Assembly: GCA_036149055.1 (NCBI GenBank)
Contig: JAYZQJ010000218.1
Location: 1-23,535 of the forward strand
Reading direction: 5' to 3'
Source: Myxococcota bacterium
GTDB taxonomy: Bacteria > Myxococcota_A > Polyangia > Polyangiales > Sandaracinaceae
DNA length: 23,535 nucleotides
The notes below the pieces were generated by a model. That model worked only from the letters and a program-made list of their open reading frames with translations. It did no database searches and was not told the origin of the DNA. This document shows positions 1 to 10,209 of the stretch, piece by piece. A program made the position numbers and the translations under genes. How positions within the stretch are numbered: position 1 is the first letter of the stretch; each line of letters opens with the position of its first letter.

Positions 1-594
1 GGCCAGCTCGGGCGGGAGCGGGGACTCGAAGCGGCGGCCGTCGGGCAGGGTCACGCTCACCGCGTGCAGCCAGAGGCGACCGGGGAAGCCGGGGACCGGG
101 CGGAAGCGGCGCGGCGGGTAGCGCTCGTCGCCGACGATCGGGTGGCCGATGCCCTGGAGGTGCCGCCGGATCTGGTGACGGCGGCCGGTCTCGGGGCGCA
201 CGTCGAGCAGGCTGACCCGGCCGAAGATCGCGCGCCGGGTGAAGCGGGTGACGGTCGGGACGTCGCGGCCGCGGCGCCGATCGGAGAGGGGGCGCCGCAC
301 GATGCCCTTCCGGTTCGTGCGGCCGTGCACCAGCGCGCGGTAGCGCTTCTGCACCTCCCCGCTCGCGAGCCAGCCGCCGATCTCCGCCCGCACGCGCTCG
401 TCCGTCGCGCAGAGCATCACCCCGCTGGTCTCCCGGTCGAGCCGATGACACGGGGCGAGCGCGACCCCGAGCTGCTCCGCCGCCCACGAGACGAGGTCGG
501 GGCCGTCGTCGCCCTGCGGGTGCGCGGCGAAGCCGTGCGGCTTGTCGAGCGCGTAGAGCGCGCCGTCCTGCGCGATGACCCGGGGCTGCGTCAC
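1..594 (-). CDS. RluA-family RNA pseudouridine synthase (3' end runs off the window)
   Basis: Manual minus-strand translation from GTG at 594: VTQPRVIAQDGALYALDKPHG...CHRLDRETSGVMLC...PETGRRHQIRRHLQGIGHPIVGDERY...LWLHA...PLPPELA. HRLDxxTSG (catalytic Asp), TGRxHQIR and GHPIVGD are RluA-family motifs. Absent from the ORF track because there is no stop in the window. The start overlaps the upstream stop (GTGA, 591-594). Confidence 0.93.
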   Translation of the reverse strand, partial: MTQPRVIAQDGALYALDKPHGFAAHPQGDDGPDLVSWAAEQLGVALAPCHRLDRETSGVMLCATDERVRAEIGGWLASGEVQKRYRALVHGRTNRKGIVRRPLSDRRRGRDVPTVTRFTRRAIFGRVSLLDVRPETGRRHQIRRHLQGIGHPIVGDERYPPRRFRPVPGFPGRLWLHAVSVTLPDGRRFESPLPPELA

Positions 595-1190
595 CGCGGG
601 AGCGTACGCGTCGCCGCGTGAAAGACCAGCGGCCCCAGCTGGGAGAAGGTCACCGCCCCGGTGACCGCGCCGACCCCCGCGCCGACGTGCCAGAGGTTTC
701 CGCCCAGCGGCGCGGTGAACAGCATGCCGAGCAGCGCCCCGAGCACCGGCCCGAGGAACGCCGAGCAGAACGCCCCGAACGGATCGCCGCCGTCGTCCGC
801 GACCTCGAGCGCGGCCCCGAGCCCCGCGCCGAGGAGGAAACCGGCGGCGCCTCCCACGACCGGGCCGAGCACGTTGGCCGCGCCTTCACACACCCCGCAC
901 GCGCCGCCGACGAGGAGGCCAACGAGCGCGCCCGCGCCCCCGCCGAAGAGCCCGGCGAGCCCGGACGCGGCCCAGCTGCGACCGTAGAGCGAGCCCAGAT
1001 GCAGCGGCGGGTCGAGGTGCAGCGGCGGCGGATCGAGGGGAGGCAGCGCGAACGCCGACGGCGGCGCGACCTCGGGCGCGTCCAGGTGATGCGCGAGCGC
1101 CGCGACCCGCTCGGGCGTCCGGCGCTCGGAGACCTGCGCGTGCGCCGCGCTGGCGATCGCGAGGCTGAAGACGAGGGTCAGACGCAGCAC
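591..1190 (-). CDS. Hypothetical exported/membrane protein with Gly-zipper-like hydrophobic helices
   Basis: Signal-peptide-like N-terminus (VLRLTLVFSLAIASAAHA|Q), Pro-rich linker, then about four Gly/Ala-rich hydrophobic segments with GxxxG spacing. Start uncertain: GTG 1190 preferred, TTG 1208 in the ORF track. Confidence 0.65.
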   Translation of the reverse strand: MLRLTLVFSLAIASAAHAQVSERRTPERVAALAHHLDAPEVAPPSAFALPPLDPPPLHLDPPLHLGSLYGRSWAASGLAGLFGGGAGALVGLLVGGACGVCEGAANVLGPVVGGAAGFLLGAGLGAALEVADDGGDPFGAFCSAFLGPVLGALLGMLFTAPLGGNLWHVGAGVGAVTGAVTFSQLGPLVFHAATRTLPR

Positions 1191-1204
1191 GGACGGAGAC
1201 GTAA

Positions 1205-1219
1205 CCAACCCTCGTGCCA
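1205..1219 (-). promoter_or_regulatory. Possible sigma54-type (-24/-12) promoter, variant -12 box
   Basis: Minus strand TGGCACG-AGGG-TTGG(T) versus consensus TGGCACG-N4-TTGCW. Lies just upstream of the GTG at 1190. Confidence 0.35.
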
Positions 1220-1255
1220 GCCGGCGTCGCCGGGCCCCACGCTCGCCCCGGCCCG

Positions 1256-1282
1256 CGGAGCGTGAAGCCCGGGCACGCTCCG
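1256..1282 (-). terminator. 9-bp stem-loop downstream of the lipoprotein gene; possible terminator or 3' stabiliser
   Basis: CGGAGCGTG (1256-1264) and CACGCTCCG (1274-1282) are perfect inverted arms with a 9-nt loop, 17 nt past the stop at 1300. No U-tract. Confidence 0.35.
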
Positions 1283-1299
1283 TGAGCCCCCGGAACGCG

Positions 1300-2427
<1,128 letters not shown>

Positions 2428-2576
2428 CCTCACCTCCGCGCGTCGAGCATAGCGCGCCCCTCGTGACACCGTGTCCCGCGTTCACACCGACGTGCCAATC
2501 TGTCCGAAGAGCCGGTCGCGGTCGCCGCGTACGGGCACCGCACGAGGATGGAACGGAAGTTGTTGGGGCCGAGCCC

Positions 2577-3389
2577 ATGCGCCTCGCCTTCCTCTCGCCC
2601 CTCGTGCTCGCCGTCGCCTGCACCAACCCTGCGCCCGGCGACAGTATCCCCGACCGGGTCGTTCGAGACTCTGCCTGCACCGGCCTGCCCATCGGGCTCG
2701 CCGACGGGCAGCTCGTGCGCGCGTTCACCCGCCCCGGCGTCCGCCCGTTCTGCGTCGACGCCACGAGCTGCGAGGCATACCTCGCTTGCGAGGGCATCGA
2801 CCTGTCGCGCTCCTGTGACTTCCCGGACGACGTCACGTGCGACGGGGGCGTCCTCCAGATGTGCTCTCGCACCGGAGCGCTGGTGCGCCGACCGTGCGAG
2901 GAGGCGAACCCCGTGTGCACGATCGGCGAGGCCGGCTTTCCCCATTGCACGACGGGCGAGACCTGCGAGGGCGAGGGATCGCGCTGCGTCGACGAGGGTC
3001 GCCTGGACCGCTGCGTGGACGGGCATCTCGAGCGCTCGATCTGCCCGGAGGCCAGCGTGTGCGTGGACGTGGAGGGGGGCGCGGTGTGCGCCGACCAGGC
3101 CGCCCCCTGCGAGGCGAGTCGATGCGACGGTACCCGGCTCGAGCGCTGCGTGGGCGGAGGCGCGATCACGCTCCGAGAGTGCGCCGACCTCCCGGGCGGC
3201 GGGACCTGCGAAGAGGTCGACGGAGGCGCACGATGCGTGCCCACGGAGACGGTCTGCGAGACCGGGGAGCTGCGCTGCGAAGGCGCGGTGGCCCGGGTGT
3301 GCACGGACGGCGTCTGGGTCGACTTCGACTGCGGCGCGTTCGACGCCGCGTGCGTGGAGATGGAGGACGGCCTGCGCTGCGTGGGGTAG
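2577..3389 (+). CDS. Cys-rich lipoprotein with four 6-Cys repeats
   Basis: ATG 2577, MRLAFLSPLVLAVA|C lipobox. 29 Cys counted in 270 aa: the lipidation Cys, 4 in the N-terminal part and 4 repeats of 6. Confidence 0.8.
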   Translation: MRLAFLSPLVLAVACTNPAPGDSIPDRVVRDSACTGLPIGLADGQLVRAFTRPGVRPFCVDATSCEAYLACEGIDLSRSCDFPDDVTCDGGVLQMCSRTGALVRRPCEEANPVCTIGEAGFPHCTTGETCEGEGSRCVDEGRLDRCVDGHLERSICPEASVCVDVEGGAVCADQAAPCEASRCDGTRLERCVGGGAITLRECADLPGGGTCEEVDGGARCVPTETVCETGELRCEGAVARVCTDGVWVDFDCGAFDAACVEMEDGLRCVG

Positions 3390-3451
3390 CTGCGTGCGGT
3401 AGCGGCGCTTGCGAAGGGGGGCGCTGCGTCGAAAGCTCCGGCTCGGTCCCG

Positions 3452-5332
3452 ATGGAGACGCAACGAGCCACGGACATCTTCGCGCAGCTGGTGGAGCGCG
3501 CCGGGCACGATCTCCGCGAGGTCGAGGCGCACCCCAGCGAGACGCTGCTGCCGATCGAGCTGAGCGCCGAGACCGTCCAGGACGGAGCGCCGCCCGCGCC
3601 ACCCTCCACGCTGCCGCGATCGATGGGCGAGGAGTGGCTGGAGCTGCACGGCACGCTCGGCCGCGGCGGCATGGGCATCGTGCGGCTCGGCACGCAGCGG
3701 GCGCTCGGCCGCGAGGTGGCCGTCAAGACCCTGCTCCCGGAGCACCGCACGGCGGCGAACGTCGCCAAGCTGCTCCAGGAGGCGCGCGTCACCGGCTACC
3801 TCGAGCACCCCAACGTGTGCCCGGTGCACGACGTCGTGCTCGACGAGGACGGCGCGCCGACGCTGGTGCTCAAGAAGATCGACGGCGTGGAGTGGAGCGC
3901 GCTCATCCACGATCCGGAGAAGGTCCGCCGCGAGCACGGCGCGCAGGACCCGCTCGAGTGGCACATCCGGATCCTGCAGGCGGTGTGCAACGCGGTGCAC
4001 TTCGCGCACAGCCGCGGGGTCGTGCATCGCGACCTGAAGCCCGACAACGTCATGATCGGCGCGTTCGGCGAGGTCTACGTGGTGGACTGGGGCATCGCGG
4101 TCTGCATCGACGACGACGCGCCGCCGGGGCTGCCCCGCGCCAGCGACACGCGCGGGATCGCGGGCACGCCGGTCTACATGGCGCCCGAGGTGGTCGAGCA
4201 GCGCCCGGTGACCGCGCGCACCGACGTCTATCTCCTCGGCGCGTGCCTCTTCGAGGCGGCGACCGGCCGCGCGCCGCACCGGGGCGAGAACCTCATGCAG
4301 ATGGTGAGCTCCGCGCTCAGCTCTCCGCCGCCGACCCCGGACTCGCTGCCCGACGATCTGCGCCGCGTCCTGCACCGCGCGATGGCGCGCTCGCCGGAGC
4401 AGCGCTTCGAGAGCGCGGAGGCGCTCCGGCAGGCGCTCGACGCGTTCCTCCGGGACCGGAGCGCCGAGCGGGTGACCCAGGCGGCGCTCTCGCAGCTCGC
4501 GGAGCTCGAGGCGGCGCTCGCCGACGAGGAGGCGGACGAGGAGCGGCTGCGCGAGCGCTTCGGCGCGTGCCGCTTCGGCTTCAAGCAGGCGCTCGCCGCG
4601 CGCCCGGAGCACGCCGCCGCCGCCGAGGGGCTGCGGCGCGCGACCCACGCCATGGTCGAGCACGCGCTCGCCCGCGGGGAGCCGGACGCCGCGGCCGCGT
4701 GGTTGTCGGAGCTGGGCCGGCCGGACCCGGAGCTCACCGCGCGGGTGGAGGACGCCCGCCGCCGGGCGCACGAGGAGAAGGCGGCGCTCGAGCGGGTGGC
4801 GCGCCACTACGATCCGGAGCGCGGCCGCGCCTTCCGCCTCACCCTCGGCGCAGCGCTCACTTCGCTGTTCGTGCTGGCGCCCCTGGCCCTGCACACCCTC
4901 TACGCGCTCGAGCTCGCCCGCCCGACCAACCAGCACGCGGTGCTCGTGTACGTCGGGCTGCTCGTCGGCTGGGCGGCGGTCGCGATCCGGCTGCGGCGCC
5001 GCCTGCTCCAGACCGCCTTCAACCGCGTGACCTTCGGCGGCGTGGGGGTTGCGCTCGCCGCGCCGCTCGTGATCACCGCCTTCGACATCGCCGCCGGGGT
5101 GCCCTGGCAGTCCACCGGGCGCGCGCACCTCCTCACCTGGGCGGTGATCTGCGCGATGCTCGGCCTGAGCGTGCACCCCCGCTTCCTCGTCCCGACCCTG
5201 GGCTTCACCCTCGGCGCGGCCGCGCTCGTGGCCTGGCCGGCGCACCTCTTCCTGGTGATGGCCGCGGCCAACGCGCTGCTCGGCGCCACGGTGGTTCTCC
5301 TCTGGCGTGGAAAACGGGACTCCCGGGGCTAG
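3452..5332 (+). CDS. Hanks-type Ser/Thr protein kinase with C-terminal multi-pass membrane domain
   Basis: LGRGGMGIV, VAVK, HPNV, HRDLKPDN, DWG, GTPVYMAPE and TDVYLLG motifs, then a helical Ala/Glu/Arg-rich linker and about 5-6 hydrophobic segments. Start re-assigned to ATG 3452 within ORF 2837..5332. Confidence 0.92.
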   Translation: METQRATDIFAQLVERAGHDLREVEAHPSETLLPIELSAETVQDGAPPAPPSTLPRSMGEEWLELHGTLGRGGMGIVRLGTQRALGREVAVKTLLPEHRTAANVAKLLQEARVTGYLEHPNVCPVHDVVLDEDGAPTLVLKKIDGVEWSALIHDPEKVRREHGAQDPLEWHIRILQAVCNAVHFAHSRGVVHRDLKPDNVMIGAFGEVYVVDWGIAVCIDDDAPPGLPRASDTRGIAGTPVYMAPEVVEQRPVTARTDVYLLGACLFEAATGRAPHRGENLMQMVSSALSSPPPTPDSLPDDLRRVLHRAMARSPEQRFESAEALRQALDAFLRDRSAERVTQAALSQLAELEAALADEEADEERLRERFGACRFGFKQALAARPEHAAAAEGLRRATHAMVEHALARGEPDAAAAWLSELGRPDPELTARVEDARRRAHEEKAALERVARHYDPERGRAFRLTLGAALTSLFVLAPLALHTLYALELARPTNQHAVLVYVGLLVGWAAVAIRLRRRLLQTAFNRVTFGGVGVALAAPLVITAFDIAAGVPWQSTGRAHLLTWAVICAMLGLSVHPRFLVPTLGFTLGAAALVAWPAHLFLVMAAANALLGATVVLLWRGKRDSRG

Positions 5333-5357
5333 CTCCAGCCGCCGCGTGGCCCAAGGT

Positions 5358-5999
5358 ATGCGGTCGGCGTATAGAATCGGGGGTGGTGTGGTGCTGGGCC
5401 TTCACGCAGAGCGAGCGTCCTCGCTGAGGGAATCGCTTCGTCGCGCGACGCGCGAGGCGCACGCGCGCCTGGACCGCGCGCTCGGGCTGACGGCTCCGTC
5501 GGTCACCCGCGAGGGCTACGTCGCCTACCTCGGCGGCATGTGGAGCTTTCACGCGCCGCTCGAGGCGAAGCTGCAGGCCTCCGAGGGGCTCGCGGCCCAC
5601 GTGACCGATCTGCGCGCCCGGCGGCGCGCCCACCTCGCGAGCGACGATCTGCGCGCGCTCGGCGCGGATCCCTCGCGCTACCCGCTGGCGACGCCGGACG
5701 CCCTGCCGCGGACGGCCGACGCCGGGGAGGCGGCGGGGGCCCTCTACGTGCTCGAGGGCTCGACCCTCGGCGGGCGCTTCCTGGCGGCGAAGCTCGGCGC
5801 GCGGCTCGGCCTCGAGGCGGAGACGCGACGCTACCTCGAAAGCTACGGCGCCGAGACCGACGCGATGTGGCGGCGGCTGGTCGCGCAGCTGGACGGCGCG
5901 CCGTGGTCGGCCGCCGAGCGTGAGGGCGCCGCCCGCGCCGCGGAGGAGACCTTCTCCATGGTCCACGGCTGGCTGGAGGCCCGGGGAGCGACGCGGTGA
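5358..5999 (+). CDS. bphO: Biliverdin-producing heme oxygenase (BphO type)
   Basis: LRRATREAHARLD (proximal His helix) and GALYVLEGSTLGG (distal helix) motifs; directly upstream of a phytochrome. Start uncertain: ATG 5358, or GTG 5388/5391. Confidence 0.9.
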   Translation: MRSAYRIGGGVVLGLHAERASSLRESLRRATREAHARLDRALGLTAPSVTREGYVAYLGGMWSFHAPLEAKLQASEGLAAHVTDLRARRRAHLASDDLRALGADPSRYPLATPDALPRTADAGEAAGALYVLEGSTLGGRFLAAKLGARLGLEAETRRYLESYGAETDAMWRRLVAQLDGAPWSAAEREGAARAAEETFSMVHGWLEARGATR

Positions 6000-8257
6000 A
6001 GGCGGCGCGCCGCGGTGAGGTCGACCTGACCTCCTGTGATCGCGAGCCGATCCACGTGCCCGGCAGCGTGCAAGCGCACGGGGCGATGCTCGCGCTGGAC
6101 CCGCGCACCCTGCGGGTCGAGCAGGCGAGCGAGGGCGTCGAGGCGTTCCTCGGCCGCGCCGCCTCCGAGCTCGTCGGCCGGCGCTGCGAAGAGGCGCTGC
6201 CCGCGGACGTGGCCTCGAGCCTCACCCGCGCGGTGCTCGAGGGCCTCGCGCCGCACCCGCGGCACGTGGGCGCGTGCCCCGGCGGCGAGGTGCTCGCCCA
6301 TCGGTGGGACGACGTGATCGTGGTGGAGATCGAGCCGGCGGCGGCGCCGGACGACGAGCTGCGCTTCGCCGAGCGGCTGCGCGAACACCTCGACGCCTGC
6401 GAGCGAACCGACGGCCTCGAAGGGCTCCAGTCGGCGCTCGTGCGCACGGTGCGGGAGCTGACCGGCTACGACCGGGTGATGTTCTACCGCTTCGGCGCGG
6501 ACGGGAGCGGCACGGTCGTCGCCGAGGAGAAGCCGGACGCGCGCGAGGCGTTCCAGGGTCTCCGCTACCCGGCGACCGACATCCCGAAGCAGGCGCGCGC
6601 GCTGATGGTGCGCACGCGCTCGCGGCTGCACGTCGACAACGAGGCCGAGCCGCGCGCGATCGTGCCGCTCACCAACCCGCGCACCGGGCGCCCGCTCGAC
6701 ATGAGCTACGCGACCCTGCGCAGCGTCTCGCCCGTGCATCGCGAGTACCTCGCCAACATGGGCGTGCGGGCCACGCTGACGCTCTCGATCGTCGTCGAGG
6801 GCGCGCTGTGGGGGCTGATCGCGTGCCACCACTACGCCGGGCCGCGCCACGTCACCTACGACGCGCGGCTGAGCTGCGACTTCCTCGCCCGCGCCGCCTC
6901 GCTCCTCGTGCAGCAGCGGCTCGAGCAGACCGAGAGCCTGCGGCGGAGACGGCTGGACGAGGCGCGGGACGAGCTCGCCCAGGATCTGCTGGCCCGTGAG
7001 GTGACCTCGCCCGAGGAGACGCTCGCCGCGATCGCGCCCACGCTCGCCGCCCTCGTGCCCTCGGACGGGTTCGCGTACGTGGGTCCGGAGGGCGCGGTGA
7101 CGGTCGGCCGGACGCCGCCGGAGGCCGAGCTGCAGCGCGTGGCCGGCTGGCTGCGCGAGGCCAACGTGCGCGACGTCTGGGCCACCGACAGCCTCGTCAC
7201 CGCCGGGCTCCCGGGCGCCGCCGCGCTCCGTGAGGACGCGAGCGGGTTGCTCGCCTTCCCGCTGTCCCGCGTCGCCGGGCAGTGGCTGATCTGGCTCCGC
7301 CCCGAGCAGCGGGTGAGCGTGACCTGGGCCGGCGACCCGACCAAGCCGGTCGCGCCCGGGCGCGGCGATCGGCTGCACCCGCGCGCCTCGTTCGCCGCCT
7401 GGGAGGAGGAGGTCCGGGGCCGGAGCGTGGCGTGGTCCGGCCTGGAGCTCGACGCGGCCCGCAAGCTGCGCGCGCTGCTGGCCGAGGTCGTCTATCGCCG
7501 GGCGGAGGCGCTCGACGCGCTCACCGAGCAGCTCCGGCAGCAGAACGAGGAGCTGGACGCGTTCGCCTACGTCGCCTCGCACGACCTGAAGGAGCCGCTC
7601 CGGACCATCCGCAACTACTCCGAGTTCCTGCTCGAGGACTACGGCGACCGGCTCGACGACGAGGGCCGGCGCATGCTCGAGCGCATCGGGGTCGTCGGCG
7701 ACCGCATGCGCGACCTCATCCAGGGGCTGCTGCGGTTCTCGCGCGCCGGCCGCCGCGAGATGACGCTCGAGGACGTGGACCTGACGGAAGTGCTCGCCCA
7801 GGTCCGCGAGGAGCTCGACGCGCGCATCGTCGCCACCGGGGCCACGCTCGCCATCGAGGGCGAGCTCCCGACCGTGCGCGCCGACCGCACGATGCTGCGG
7901 GAGATCCTGACGAACCTGGTGAGCAACGCCCTCAAGTACAGCGACGGCCCGCCGCGGGTCGAGGTCGGCGTCCGCCCGCTGCAGGCCGCCGAGGCCGAGC
8001 TGAGCCCGGGCGCGGAGCGCTGCGTCTACGTGCGCGACCACGGCATCGGCATCCCGAGCGAGCACTTCCAGGACATCTTCCGCATCTTCCGCCGCCTCCA
8101 CCCGAGCGACGCCTACGACGGCGGCACCGGCGCCGGCCTGACGATCGTGCAGAACCTCGTGGCCCGCCACCGCGGCGCCATCTGGCTGACGTCGGAGCCC
8201 GGCGAGGGCACGACCTTCTTCTTCACCCTCGACCCGCTCGCCGAGGAGGCCCCGTGA
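5996..8257 (+). CDS. bphP: Bacteriophytochrome histidine kinase (PAS-GAF-PHY-HisKA-HATPase)
   Basis: DLTSCDREPIH (N-terminal biliverdin-binding Cys14), GYDRVMFYRF, YPATDIPKQAR, SPVHREYLANM, LWGLIACHH, WAG and PRASF tongue motifs; H-box ASHDLKEPL, N-box NLVSNALKY, DHGIG and GTGAGL. Confidence 0.97.
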   Translation: MKAARRGEVDLTSCDREPIHVPGSVQAHGAMLALDPRTLRVEQASEGVEAFLGRAASELVGRRCEEALPADVASSLTRAVLEGLAPHPRHVGACPGGEVLAHRWDDVIVVEIEPAAAPDDELRFAERLREHLDACERTDGLEGLQSALVRTVRELTGYDRVMFYRFGADGSGTVVAEEKPDAREAFQGLRYPATDIPKQARALMVRTRSRLHVDNEAEPRAIVPLTNPRTGRPLDMSYATLRSVSPVHREYLANMGVRATLTLSIVVEGALWGLIACHHYAGPRHVTYDARLSCDFLARAASLLVQQRLEQTESLRRRRLDEARDELAQDLLAREVTSPEETLAAIAPTLAALVPSDGFAYVGPEGAVTVGRTPPEAELQRVAGWLREANVRDVWATDSLVTAGLPGAAALREDASGLLAFPLSRVAGQWLIWLRPEQRVSVTWAGDPTKPVAPGRGDRLHPRASFAAWEEEVRGRSVAWSGLELDAARKLRALLAEVVYRRAEALDALTEQLRQQNEELDAFAYVASHDLKEPLRTIRNYSEFLLEDYGDRLDDEGRRMLERIGVVGDRMRDLIQGLLRFSRAGRREMTLEDVDLTEVLAQVREELDARIVATGATLAIEGELPTVRADRTMLREILTNLVSNALKYSDGPPRVEVGVRPLQAAEAELSPGAERCVYVRDHGIGIPSEHFQDIFRIFRRLHPSDAYDGGTGAGLTIVQNLVARHRGAIWLTSEPGEGTTFFFTLDPLAEEAP

Positions 8258-8670
8258 GCCCGGTGCTGCTCTACGTGGAGGACAGCGAGGACGAGGTCTT
8301 CGCGGTGCGGCGCGCGCTCGGGCGCTACGGCAGCCCGGTCGAGCTCGCGCACGCCGTGGACGGCCAGGCCGCGCTCGACTGGCTCGAGGACGCGCTCTCG
8401 CGCGGCGCGCCGCTGCCGCACCTGATCCTCCTCGACCTGAACATGCCGGGCATGAACGGCCCCGCGCTCCTCTCCGAGCTGCGCGAGCGGCCGGCGCTCG
8501 ATCAGGTCCCCGTGGTGGTGTGGACCAGCTCCTCGGAGAAGGCCGAGGTCCGCGCCACCGCGCGCCTGGGCGCGCGCGCCTATCACGTCAAGCCCGAGAG
8601 CCCGAAGGCGTTCGCGCGACGCCTGCACGCCGTGCTCGACTACTGGCTCCACGCCGTGGAGGTCGCGTGA
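8254..8670 (+). CDS. bphR: Single-domain response regulator of the phytochrome-associated (Rcp1/BphR) type
   Basis: GTG 8254 overlaps the bphP TGA. LLYVEDSEDE, LILLDLNMP (phospho-Asp), WTSS and YHVKP motifs, with the C-terminal LDYW motif characteristic of Rcp1-like regulators. Confidence 0.9.
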   Translation: MSPVLLYVEDSEDEVFAVRRALGRYGSPVELAHAVDGQAALDWLEDALSRGAPLPHLILLDLNMPGMNGPALLSELRERPALDQVPVVVWTSSSEKAEVRATARLGARAYHVKPESPKAFARRLHAVLDYWLHAVEVA

Positions 8671-10205
8671 AGGTCCTGCTCGTCGACGACTCCCCCGACG
8701 ACCGCTTCGCCTTCCGGCGGGCGCTCTCGAAGGCGGCCACCCACTACCTCATCGAGGAGGCCGCCGACGCCGAGAGCGCGCTCGCGCTGCTCGGGGGCGC
8801 GAGGTTCGACGTGATCGTGCTCGACCAGCACCTGCCGGGCGAGCCGGGCACCTGGCTGCTCGAGCGGGTGCGCGAGATGTCCCCGTCGCCGGCGGTGGTG
8901 ATGCTGACCGGGAGCGACGCGGGGCAGGCGGCGACCCGCGCGATCGAAGGCGGGGTCGACGACTACCTCCTCAAGGACGAGGTGACCCCCGGCGGGATCG
9001 ACCGCGCGATCCAGAACGCGCTCGTGCGGCGGCAGATCGCGCGGCGGGTCGAGCGCCTCGCACAGCGGCAGCGCGAGCTGCTCGACCTCACCGCGCGGCT
9101 CTCGCGCCTGGTCCGGCTCGACGACATCCAGACCTGCGTGCTCGGGTACGCCGACGAGGTGCTCGAGGCGGTCGGCGGCGGGGTCTTCGACGTCGACGAG
9201 ACGGGGCGCGGGCTGCGGCTGACCCGGGTGATGGGCGAGCCCAGCGTCGGCGCCGGCGACTCGGAGTCGTGCAGCCTGGCGGCGGCCGCGCTGGCGGAGG
9301 GGGCGGTGGTGCTCGCCCCCGACCTCGACGCGCTCCGCCGCGACCACCCGGACCTGCTCGAGCGGGAGCCGCAGACCGTGTCGGCGGCCGCGATCCCGCT
9401 GACGGTGGACGGCGCGGTGGCCTCGCTCCTGGGGCTCCGCTTCCGCCACCCGCTCGACGACGACGAGGCCACGCACCTGCGGGTGTTCGGCGAGCTCGCC
9501 GCCGACGCGGTGCGGCGCGCCCACCTCTACGAGCGCATGGTCGCGCAGAGCGCGTTCGAGCAGCGGCTTCTCGGGGTGGTGAGCCACGATCTCCGCAACC
9601 CGCTCGGCACGATCGCGATGGGCCTCGACGTGCTGAGCGAGGAGGCCCCGGCCGGCATCGTCGCCAAGATGGACCGGGCGGTCGCGCGCATGAAGCACAT
9701 GGTCGACGACCTCCTCGACCTGACCCGGGCCCGCAGCGGCCAGCTCCTCGGAGAGCGGACGGAGGTGACGCTCGCCGACGTGCTCGGCGAGGTGGTGGAG
9801 GGGCTGCGGGCGCGCCACCCCGAGGTGAGCTTCGAGGTGACGGCGCCGGCCGGCGCGAGCGTGCGCGGAGATCGACCGCGACTCCTCCAGGTCTTCGACA
9901 ACCTGGGGACCAACGCGTTGAAGTACGGCGACCCCGAGCGCGGCGTGCGCTTCGCGGTGACGCCCAGCGACGACGCGATCGAGGTCGCGGTGCACAACTG
10001 GGGCGAGCCGATCGACGAGGCCGACGTGGCCGGCCTCTTCGAGGCGTTCAGCGGCACGAAGAGCGGGGCGCACGCGCGCGACAGCCTCGGCCTCGGCCTC
10101 TACATCGTCGAGCGCATCGTGAGCGCCCACGGAGGCGCCGTCGCGGTGCAGTCCTCGCGCGAGGCGGGCACGACCTTCCGGGTCACCCTGCCCGCGGACG
10201 CGTGA
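8667..10205 (+). CDS. Hybrid sensor histidine kinase (REC-GAF-like-HisKA-HATPase)
   Basis: GTG 8667 overlaps the previous TGA. Receiver motifs VLLVDDSPDD, VLDQHLP, MLTG and DYLLK; central GAF-like region (SAAAIPL); VSHDLRNPL, NLGTNALKYG, HNWGEPI and LGLGLYIV. Confidence 0.92.
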   Translation: MKVLLVDDSPDDRFAFRRALSKAATHYLIEEAADAESALALLGGARFDVIVLDQHLPGEPGTWLLERVREMSPSPAVVMLTGSDAGQAATRAIEGGVDDYLLKDEVTPGGIDRAIQNALVRRQIARRVERLAQRQRELLDLTARLSRLVRLDDIQTCVLGYADEVLEAVGGGVFDVDETGRGLRLTRVMGEPSVGAGDSESCSLAAAALAEGAVVLAPDLDALRRDHPDLLEREPQTVSAAAIPLTVDGAVASLLGLRFRHPLDDDEATHLRVFGELAADAVRRAHLYERMVAQSAFEQRLLGVVSHDLRNPLGTIAMGLDVLSEEAPAGIVAKMDRAVARMKHMVDDLLDLTRARSGQLLGERTEVTLADVLGEVVEGLRARHPEVSFEVTAPAGASVRGDRPRLLQVFDNLGTNALKYGDPERGVRFAVTPSDDAIEVAVHNWGEPIDEADVAGLFEAFSGTKSGAHARDSLGLGLYIVERIVSAHGGAVAVQSSREAGTTFRVTLPADA

Positions 10206-10209
10206 CGGG

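Noticed and set aside
64..621. 185-aa plus-strand ORF
   Set aside because: Antisense shadow of the RluA-family gene, which has catalytic motifs on the minus strand.
2837..3451. N-terminal extension of the Ser/Thr kinase, suggesting fusion or frameshift with the Cys-rich lipoprotein
   Set aside because: The extension is an Arg/Gly-rich off-frame read of the lipoprotein gene, which has its own stop at 3389. The kinase has a suitable ATG at 3452.
5996..7500. Bathy-type or chromophore-defective phytochrome
   Set aside because: The residue before RYPxxDIP is Leu (GLRY), not the Gln of PaBphP/Agp2-type bathy proteins, and the pocket His residues are intact. RLHPRASF alone is not diagnostic; spectroscopy would be needed.
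9990..10015. G1 box HNWGEPI lacking DxGxG as a sign of a dead kinase
   Set aside because: The HNxGxPI variant is common in this class of histidine kinase, and the H, N and G2 boxes are intact.
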